From Lama glama (lineage: Eukaryota): a stretch of 64,000 bases of DNA. This document shows, in pieces, positions 54,350 through 64,000 of this stretch; position 1 is the first letter of the stretch; every line of letters starts with the position of its first letter. Location of the stretch: contig CM052817.1 of assembly GCA_028534125.1 (NCBI GenBank), forward strand, positions 56,298,001 through 56,362,000. Reading direction: 5' to 3'. Both the position numbers and the translations under genes were made by a program. The notes under the pieces were generated by a model. The model was not told the DNA's origin, ran no database searches, and saw nothing but the letters and a program-made list of their open reading frames with translations.

Positions 54350-54662
54350 GAGGCTGGACTAGGGAAGTATCCACTTCCCTTCTTATGTCGTTGGCTTTAT
54401 TCAGTTTCTTGTATCTAAAGGATTCCTGGCAGCTGCTTCTTAAAAGCCAGATATGAAAGAGACCATCTCTAGATGGGGTCAGCTAGCAAGACAGAGTCTT
54501 ACGTAACATAATGTAATAATGGGAATGGAATCTGTCACCCTTGTGGTATTTTACATTTAGAACCAAGCCATAAGCCTGGCCACACTCAAGGATATAACAT
54601 GATACAAGTAGGTGAACACCAGCAGGTGGGGATCATGGGAGCCCCCTCATAAACTGCCTCCC
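54350..54662 (-). mobile_element. MLT1-type LTR fragment
   Basis: 'ccacactcaagg...gaacaccagcaggtggggatcatgggagcc'. Confidence 0.6.
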
Positions 54663-57331
54663 ATTCAGAGCCTAACTTAACCAAGCACTGGTGGAAAGTA
54701 AACAAAAGGCATAGAGAGAAAGCCTGCCTTTGAGGCTCTACCGTCTAGAATAACATATAGGCAGTTTCTTACTTTAAAATTATGAATTTCATTATCCATT
54801 GACATAGAACGAAGAAAAGTTATATGGTGAATGAAAGGCTATCTTTTAATGAACAGTCATAAAAATGCAGGTAGAAAAATAAAATAACATTTCATTCAAA
54901 AAACTAAAGTTCAAACACAAAAATCAATCTCTTGCACATGTGTGGAAGACATCAAAAGGCAAAATAAAATATTATTGTAAGTTATTCAGGGTTTTCATTA
55001 CTAACTAGTCTTTAAACATACCTAACCAGTTTCAGCTTTCTTAGTTCATATGCTATTTCCTTTTATTTTAAAAGTGTGACATATGGATGATCCATGCAAC
55101 GAGATATGAAAATAAAATTTAATAAAGAGCTAGGACGGTGGCACAGAATATTTCAGAATCATAAATTTTAGCCAACCTCTTTCATAATTCTAAAGTTGAA
55201 CTCAGGCAATGCCTTTCTTTATGCTTCAGAACATTTTATTCATATAAACAAATTAAGTTTTCCATTTTTAATTCAAAGGTCACAGCATGTGTTATACACT
55301 AAATCCATTGCTGAATGAAAAATCCACCCAGCTAAGATCATCTGTTTCATCTCCTAACTTTTAACTTAGAAATATTTTTAAATGATGAAATGTAAATCCC
55401 TTATTTCTATAAAATACTCACAAAAGCTATTTTCTATTAACTTCCCTGTTCTATTGCTTCCAAATAAAATAATATTTAAAAAATAAAATAAGGAAATATT
55501 AGTTTGGGGGAAAAAGGACAATTAGAACAGTCCATTCTTATAAATTCATGTAGATAATTAATAAAGACAACACACGAGAACTTTTTTGAGTGACCCAATT
55601 AAAAGACTAGCCTTTGCTTCCAATGTCTGGTTTCACCACTGTGGCCTATGAGATGTGCCTCTCTGACATTTTATCCTATCTTCTTCTTCCTTCTTTTTCT
55701 CTTTCTTCTTTCCTTTCTTCTCTTTTACTCAAGGAGCCTTACTGCTTCCCAACACAGACGGCTTAGATTTCTTTCAGGGCTTTTCTTAGTTTGTTTCTAA
55801 TATCCTCTCACCATCTAATGTTGCTCTTTTACTAATCAATGCCAGGCTATGTCTTACATCGATCAGTGGTTTTGAAGATGCTGCCACTTAACCAGTAAGG
55901 AAACCCTAGTTCTGTGTAAACCATTTCCCATATGGAAACAATTAGGGGAGATTCAAAATAAGAACTTGGTGGAAGGAAAAAAAAAATCTTTAAAAAGATC
56001 ACTATTTTAAGTCTTTAAATATTTGCTAAATCTATTTATCAATCAACCTATTAAAAATATAAAATGTTACATTAACAATTCTGATTATGTGCTCCTATGG
56101 ATGCAATGAAAGCTAACAAATTGGGACTAATAATCTATCATAACAAAAAAGAGTAAATAACCCATTCATAAAAGTGAATGAGTAATCTGATCCCCTTCAA
56201 TCTGGCCAATCGCCAAATGGGGGAAAAATGGATATTTGATTAGTAGTAAGAAAAATGCATCAGATCACAAGGCCATACTTTAATAAAGGATGAATTGGTG
56301 AGTAAAACTTAGGAAAGGACGAATCAGTTTTTTCTAACTTCCTCTACAAAGCAAATTATTGAGACTCATGTTTGGAATGCTAAAGGGATGTACCTCTGTC
56401 TTCAGACTGGAAGCAGAGGCTCTGCTCCATACAGCAGCATATCTGCAGGGATGTGTAAGATCTTAACCCTGGAGCTGCCAGGTGCAGACCCCGACAATTA
56501 TGTTCTTACCGGCTTGCCTAAGGAAAAAGGAAAGCTTAAAAAACAGGGTGGGGGGTCTTAAGGATGCACAGCATCTTTCAATAGCTATTAAAGAAAGTCT
56601 GATTCGTACTGCTTGAGCCATAAGAATAGCAATCTCTTTCTCCCTTTCATGGAGGTAGTAAGAGGGTGGAAAGAGAGGTGTTTATTCTCCTACCCTCTGC
56701 TCCTCTCAGTTTAGAAGATGACAAAAGTTTAAGCAGAAATAACTCCTTCTTGTCCAGAAGCTGAAATATGAGGTAAAGCCTGAGAGTATTTCTTTCTCTA
56801 AAATGGCAAAGTATATTTTTCACTGTTCTGGTCTGAGGTAGCAAGAGCAATGCATCTTGCTACTACATTTTAGACACACTTCATCTAAACCTGAAATTAC
56901 ACATTTAGAAGCAGATGATTCTAAATCAAAACAAGTCTGGAACTTTAAGCTCTCTGCATGTTAGCCTTCTTTACTGGATACAGCTCTCATCATACCAGGA
57001 CAAAATTTGTTTACATTATGTCACATGCAAAAAAATAATTTGTTTGTTGATGGCTTTCATGACAGCGTTGTATGTACTCAGCATGTGTTGATGGAAATAT
57101 GGTTTAGATGAATACCTGGAAATCTATATGTTGACTATTAACTGTCTGTAAATTTGTTTATGTGTTTTGTTGTATTTATGTATGTATTTATTATTTTGCC
57201 TCATATGCTGAGCATACATGATTCTTAATCTATCTTCACTTCTCCCATGTATTAGAGAAGACAAACCCAGTGATAGATCCAAAATTCCAGTAGCCCTCAA
57301 CTCTACTAAAATTTGGTCTGCTATTGACCTA

Positions 57332-57660
57332 TGTTCTTAAGACTCCTTACTCAAAAGAAATTGATAAGAGGCCAGATGAAGAATTCAGGCAAGGCTTTCT
57401 GGGGGCTCCTGCTGCAACACAAAGGAGAGAAAACAAGCAACAGGTTCTCTGGCTTGCTTCCCGAGCAGAGGTGAACTAGTCCCTTGATGGGGTGAGGGGA
57501 GGGGTAGGTTAGTGGGTGGGGCTAGAAGAAAGGTGGCTTAGGTGGTCTGCCCACCCCCTTGGGGGTGCTGTGTGTGTGTGCTGTGTGTGTCGAGGAGACA
57601 TTTGTCCAAGTGCAAGCACTGCAGAAAAGGGTCCCAGGTCCTGGGCCCCAGCCCATCTCA
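57332..57660 (-). mobile_element. Probable ERV LTR fragment
   Basis: Abrupt GC-rich block 'aattgataagaggccagatgaagaattcaggcaaggcttt...'. No convincing TSD. Confidence 0.45.
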
Positions 57661-58193
57661 GGCTTACTCAAGCTGATACTGTTCTGTACTACTGTAAATT
57701 TTCTCATGAATGCTTTCAATAAATATTTTGAAGTGATCCTTGATTATTACTCTAATCACTTTTATAAATCTAAACTTTAGAATCTGAAATATGCGTTTCA
57801 GGTATTTGATGTAACATAGTTTACAGCTGAATCATTTGATTTGACCTTCACCACATGGTTACATTTTGGATGAAAAATTTTACAGAGAATCCCAGTACAC
57901 CAAAAAGAGTCTAAATACATGTTTCAAGTTCTTTTAATGATCAGTTTTAGGAACAAATGTTTTATATTCCTTAAAGAAAATTTCATTTTAGGTTTTTTTA
58001 ATTGTCATCAATATTTCAATTTACCTAAGAAGATAAAGAGAAATTTTATAAGAGCTACACTTTTCTTAAAATTTAGACTAAGAAAGTTATTAAAACAATC
58101 TTTGTGTGTTTTCTTTCCCTCAATGGGCAAATAAAAATGTGTTGATTACCTACTTGTATAAATTTTTCATTGAGGAAATAAAACATACTTCAG

Positions 58194-58399
58194 CACTTCA
58201 GGACTCATTAAATAATTAACATTTTTCAACAACAGTAAACTCAGAGTAATTACCAATATTTTGCTCAGTGAACCTTGTACCCTTACTCAAGGAATCAAGG
58301 TCATTGTTAGCATTTATTTGTTCCACAGACACTGATGATTATTTTTCTATATATAACTCAGTGTCTACCCTCAGATTAGAACCTGATTACAAAAGACAA
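58194..58399 (+). repeat. Copy B of a diverged local direct repeat
   Basis: Colinear with 52694-52893. Confidence 0.85.
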
Positions 58400-59586
58400 T
58401 GAGAATGATTTTTTACAATATATTGTGATTGTGCCAACACACATATAAGCACCAAAATAATTTAAAAGGAGGGTTTCTGTTCATCTACTTGCTAATATTC
58501 TGAAACTTTAAAATTTTTAAGTTCTAGTGCTTCTAGAACTTGTCAGAAATGTTGCTTTGTTCCATAGGTCAGATACCCTAAAAATGAATTTTCTGAAGGA
58601 GAAGTTCAGATTTTATGACACTACTCTGTCTGATAAAATTTTTATGAGGACAATTATCCTTAGTACAGTTGTTTCTGATTGAAGCTGTATATACATAAGA
58701 ACAGCAACTATATTTTTCTCTTTATGAAAGTTGACTACAAAATATCCAGGTTTCCATTAAGAAAAGTTAAAAAAAGTTCTTTTTTTGTGTGTGTAGAGCA
58801 ACCTGGACAAAATAACATGAAGGAAAAAGAAATCAAATTTGAACAATCATATGCCTCAAATGACATTGTCTTATTAGTATGGAAAAATTAGTTTAAGACT
58901 TGAGAGAAGTTCTTACAATTTGGGTTCAAGGATAACTCCCTTTAAGAAGGTCATTAAAATAGTCCCCAGGAAAATAAAAATGAATCAACAAAGAAAATTA
59001 CACATAAAATTTCAGGGCACAAGTAAATCTCTTTGAAGCCCACCTCCAGCTCACTCAGCTATTGGTTCATTTGGGGTTTGTGGCAATTGGCCCAGGCAAA
59101 GCATCCCTTCCTGTCTCAACACTTGAACTTCATCATAGTCTTCTCTTAGATGACACATCTTTAAAATTATCATACAAATTAATTTTTTTTTTTTAGGATT
59201 TTTCTAATGACCTTGCAACCACCAAAAAAGAATATATCAATTGTCTTCATATGTATGCTATGTTCTTAAAGATCCAGAGACAATACCTTCCACCCAAAAC
59301 TGGTTAATTTCTCTTTATTTCATAGATGCTACTTTTCATGAGGATATAACACTATTTTTACCTCCTACAAACTAGCACGTAGTGCCAACTACTGGAGATG
59401 ATAAAATAACAGAATGAGATTTAAATGTGTGTCTGTGTGTTCCCTCAAAGAAGAATGTCAAGGAAGTGCAATTATCAGAATCAAAATCTGTATTGATGGT
59501 GGTTGAGCATAGATTTGAAGCTGTAGAACGTTTTAGTGTTGATACAGAAAACAGACTAGAAGCATTCACTGAAGAAGCAAAAGTAG

Positions 59587-60140
59587 TGTAACAGAGAAGA
59601 ACAAACCTGACTCCACACTGGATCTGTCCTTTAGCTCTAACCTTTGTACTCTGTAGCCTGTGCTTAGTCATGCTGGATCTGCTCCTTTGTCTCATCAATC
59701 AGCAAAATAATGTTGCCTATGGCCTGAAATACGCATAAAAGCCCTTTCTCAAGGCTCTGCCTCCCCGGCTTGACCTTGAAACCATGACATTTTTCATTCA
59801 TATTGAGATAAGTAGTTGCAGAACAACAACAACAAAAAACATTTGTTTTGTTGAAGGTTTACAGGAACCTGGTGACCAGACCTACGTGGACAGCTGTAAG
59901 AACAAAGGGTTATCACATCACATCCCCTCCAGGATCTGCAACAACTAGCCACACTACCTCCTCTTTTAGTACAAAAGAAGCCCAAATTCTAACTCAGGTA
60001 AGATGGTTCTTTGGAATAGCAGTCTGTGTCGTCTGAGTCTTTTGGCTTTCCGGATAAATGTGCTAGTCTCTGCCCCAACACCTCCTCTCGGTGTATTGGC
60101 CTGTCATGTGGCAGGCAGTAGCAGCTTCAACACAATAACA
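59587..60140 (+). mobile_element. ERV1-class solo LTR
   Basis: tgtaaca...taaca termini with 4-bp TSD gtag/gcag; TATA-like 'agtacaaaa' and polyA-like 'gataaa'. Confidence 0.8.
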
Positions 60141-60149
60141 GCAGTACTC

Positions 60150-60455
60150 ACTCAAAAGAAAAGGAAGAAGCCAGTCATAAAAGACTATATATCATATGAT
60201 TCCATTTGTATGACATGCTCAGAAAGCTGAATCTCTAAAAACAGAAAGTAAATCTGTGGTTTTCAGGGACCAGCAGTTTGGCACAATGGGAGATAACAGT
60301 AAATGGAGTCTCAGTGGGGTGATGAAAATGTTCTAAAACTGATTTATGGTAATGATTACAGAACTCCATATATTTATTAAATCGTATTGAATTGTGTAGG
60401 TGAAATGGATGAACTGTATGATATATAAAATATGTCTCAGAAGACTTACAAAAAA
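60150..60455 (+). mobile_element. L1MB/ME-type 3' end
   Basis: 'agaagccagtcataaaagactatatatcatatgattccatt...ggggtgatgaaaatgttctaaaactgat'. Confidence 0.8.
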
Positions 60456-60814
60456 AGGAAGTTTATAAGCAAGTTAAAATAACACAAGTATGAAGGAAAG
60501 AGAATGTTGATCTTATGTTCAGAAATCTTTTATCCCATTTGAAAAAAAAGCCTAAGATACAACTAACAACAAGTAATAAAATAAGAAAACCAAGCTGAAG
60601 ATAAACTTGTGAATGTAAATTGAAGAGATCGCTGATTACCTGAGAAATAAATAGTTTTGTAATTTTTTAATTATGAGCTCAATTCTGGTCAAAGAGTCAT
60701 ATAAAAAGTCTATAAGGAAGTACATTCAAATGTTACAAGTAATCATGCAAACATCTTAGAGTTATAGGTGTTTAACTGTTTTTTGTGATTTTCAAATTTC
60801 ACATTGTTGACAGT

Positions 60815-61026
60815 TAAGGTTGCCAGACTTAGCAAATAAAAATAAAGTACATTGAGTTAAATTTGTATTTCAGAAAAAAATGAGTAAAATTTGAATTTCA
60901 AATAACAAATATTTTTAGTTTATGTCCCATGTAATATTTGAAATGTACTTAGGATAATTAAAAAATCCATTATTTATTTCAAATGCAAATTTAACTCAGT
61001 GTCCTATATTTTATCTGGTAACTCTA
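60815..61026. mobile_element. MER53 palindromic MITE
   Basis: taaggttgccagacttagcaaataaaaata...tgtcccatgtaatatttgaaatgtactt...ttttatctggtaactcta, an inverted-repeat structure. Confidence 0.88.
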
Positions 61027-64000
61027 TCCACCAGGAGAAAATATGCTTATTTTATTTAGAAAAGTATCATTTAATTTAATATACTTAGTTTATTGGGTTT
61101 GGTAGAAAATGCACAAATATGATACAGCTATTTCCTCCTTAAGTTGCAGATGATGCAATATTATATATTTTATGATGAAAAAGTCTTTAGAAATAAAAAC
61201 TATAAAAAGGACCACTAAGAATATTAGAATCTGAATACACTAATGAACCACAAGTGGATAAGAAACAGCTAGAAACAAACCCACAGTTAGTGAAGAAGTT
61301 TCTGGCACAAATATTTCCTTTCAATTTTTCCTCTCTAAATTTTTGATCTGGCCTTCACTTAATGGTAATTTCCTGTTTGGATAAACAACTCTAGTAACAA
61401 TAATAAGCAAAACCAAACTTTTATGATGACAAGATATTATTGTAGATGACTTAGAAACTTATATTGTTATCATTAACTCACAGTTAAATATACACATATA
61501 TACATTGCTCGCCAAACCTTCCTACGAGAGGTCTTAAAAATAGATTTTCATGCGTTTTCACTCTACAAAGTATAAATATCTAGGTGACGAGAGAAAGCAT
61601 GTCTTAGATCTACTTTATCGATTTAGCTCTTTCCTCTTTTTTTGCCTGACCTAACAGCTAGATTAGAGAAGTCTGACTCGCATCCAGAGGGCCATGGAAT
61701 CTTCTAAGCATCACGGTATGTGGGTCAGTTTCCCAGGAGAGAAAAGACTGGCTATCACAACGCAGCTAAAAACATTCTACAGAGAGGCTATTGTTAAGAA
61801 ACCCATTAAGTCTCACAGTGTTGGCTGCTGTGCCAAGGCAATTCAAATTTTTGTACTCAAAAGACTTTCTTCTTCTTAAGTAAACCAGGTTAGTTCTGAT
61901 TATCTCACTCCAATGACTGGTGAGTACTATGCTCAAATCTACCAGCATCTCCAAGAAAGTGAAAGCTACATATGGTAGTGAAAAAAATGCTACAAAAGCA
62001 GAGATCTCAAAAACAAAATAAAATAAAGACCACACCAAGTCTCTAGGATTAGGAAGTAGTCAAACACATACGGTATAAAACTTTCAAATAAAAATGGAAC
62101 ATAAATTTCTAATTAGTAAGCACAGCTAAAGCTCATTTTGGAAGTTATTAGCTACTACAAGCAGCCTTTTTTTTTATTAAAAATGCTAGATAATTAACAT
62201 GTGTTCATAAGCATGATGTAAAAAGAAAATAATTTTCTCATTTTATTGCCAAGTGAGGTTTTTATTTTATAATAAAGAATACTTTATAACATGATTCAAA
62301 TAATAAAAGTTCCCTGGTTTTCACTGGGAAAGAATAAATAGCAGAAATAACTCATAAAGTAGGGCAGAAAAAAATACATATAGCTAGATGATTTTATTTT
62401 AGAATCACTTGTTTAAACAATGGAAAAAAGTTAATTAAGATACAATTTTGTTGGCAAGGTATAATGCCAAAGTACTGGAGTAAAAACTTGTTTGATTTCA
62501 AGTTTTTTCATTTGGATCCTGGAAACGGCTTTTTTTCTTTCTGCCTTTGTTAAATGAGGCTACATGGCGATTGCCTGCTGTTATCTGTACAGGAAAATAG
62601 CAGGAATGTTATGTTCTATCATAAGGTTAAATCATGTTGCTGTTGTTGTTTCCCCTGTTGACATGTGCTTTTAGATGATACGTTACAAAAGACATGAAAC
62701 GACAATTTTTCATGAAGGAGAATTCATTAAATGTTCATTAGAAAAGTCATGCCAGAGAAGACCGTTTAATGAAAACCGTTGTGATAGACACCATTTTTAT
62801 GGTGATCTTCACTGTACACAAAGAGGGGACGATTGCCTAATCTGAAAGGCACCTGTTCCCAAAACAACTTTGCCTTTGAGGAGTCATTCCCCAGAAGGCA
62901 GTCTTCTTTGTCTATATAAATTCTGGAACTACATTGTGTATAATACTGATGTAAAAATCACTGCTGGATACTGTTGTTCTTCCTGTCAACAAATATCTAC
63001 TGAATATTCGTTACAAGAAACACCCTTAGCTTAGGGCTTAGGAAGAACAGAGACAGTTGTTCCAAACTCCTCTTGGATCTGAAGGAGTTAATGGCCACAC
63101 TAAACTGAAAAGAATAATTTATAATTCATTACAGTATTCTTTTCACCTCTTTCTTGCCCCTGAATTGACTGGAAAGGCCAAAAAGAACTTATTTTGAGTC
63201 TTGCCACAATAATGTTTGTTTCTTTTAAATGGAAAAGAAGGCTCCCACGTTCCATAATGAATAGAATGGCCTTCATCTACATATTAAAAGCGGGCATACT
63301 GCCAGTTTAGGAAAGCCCTCTGGGACTTTTACCCCATTATCCTGGGACCTTGGAAACAGTGCCTGGCTACAGCAGAATGGATAGCGTCTTTCCACGGAAA
63401 GAAGAATCGATACAGACTACAGAAACGGAAAAAGGCTAAGTACTGTAGGTTCTTAAATGAAAATTGATTTCCACCATTGAGCATGGAACAGGCTCATCAG
63501 TAACACTGCATTTAGAGGGAATCTAATTGTTTCTTCTTATGGTAGGGTTTGAACTTGGAAGGGAAGTGTAAGAGGGAAATCAATCCTCCGTTATCACGAC
63601 TAGCTTGGTCACAGCATACTGATCCGAGAATCCCAGAATCAGTGGATTGCCTCAGAAATCCAAGCTGCATTCCTCAGACACATATGGATTCAATGTTTCT
63701 TTCCTTTTTCATGTACATATTTGATCACTAGAGACACCCTTAATTCCTTTCAGTCACGTAGTAAATGAAACACTAAAGGAAATGGATTAGTGCAAATTCA
63801 CTAGTAACACTATCCCAATTGTGGACCATACTGATGATTCATCTCTGCATGTGAGGGACAACATGCTATTTTATTCCCTTATCACTTAAGCATAATAGGG
63901 TTACAGAACTGACCATGATGCACAGATCCCTGCTTTCATAAAACTTATATTGTATTTCATATATGAGTGAGAGAGGAGGTAGATAAATAAGGAAGTTAAA

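Noticed and set aside
59372..59698. 108-aa minus ORF and a stop-free plus frame (KNVKEVQLSE...EAKVV)
   Set aside because: The ORF straddles an LTR boundary, with no recognisable homology or splice signals.
63549..63731. ORF starting MNLEG, like the KCNIP4 (KChIP4a) N-terminus
   Set aside because: The start codon is TTG and similarity ends after five residues.
1..64000. CRISPR arrays, operons or other prokaryotic systems; remaining short ORFs
   Set aside because: The sequence is mammalian and repeat-laden with no repeat-spacer periodicity. The other ORFs are short, often non-ATG, and lie in repeats or low-complexity DNA.

Overview
AT-rich mammalian non-coding DNA, probably a gene desert or the intron of a very long gene. 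It is most likely camelid: three tRNA-derived SINEs match my recollection of Vic-1, and the young L1 3' UTRs are cetartiodactyl-type. I recognise no host protein-coding gene. The only protein-like ORFs in the track are decayed L1 ORF2 pieces. The window holds L1, L2, MIR, MaLR/ERVL/ERV1 LTRs, Tigger and hAT MITEs, microsatellites and one 100-N assembly gap. Best leads: (1) a diverged ~200-bp direct duplication 5.5 kb apart that keeps homeodomain/SOX motifs; (2) a TSD-flanked chimeric retroposon joining a young L1 3' UTR to an ancient L1ME-type 3' end; (3) two 5'-inverted L1s, one showing the internal-priming microhomology; (4) several candidate small exons and enhancer-like blocks. Repeat family names come from memory of consensus sequences, not a search, and ends of old repeats are approximate. 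The sequence alone does not demonstrate a new biological system.
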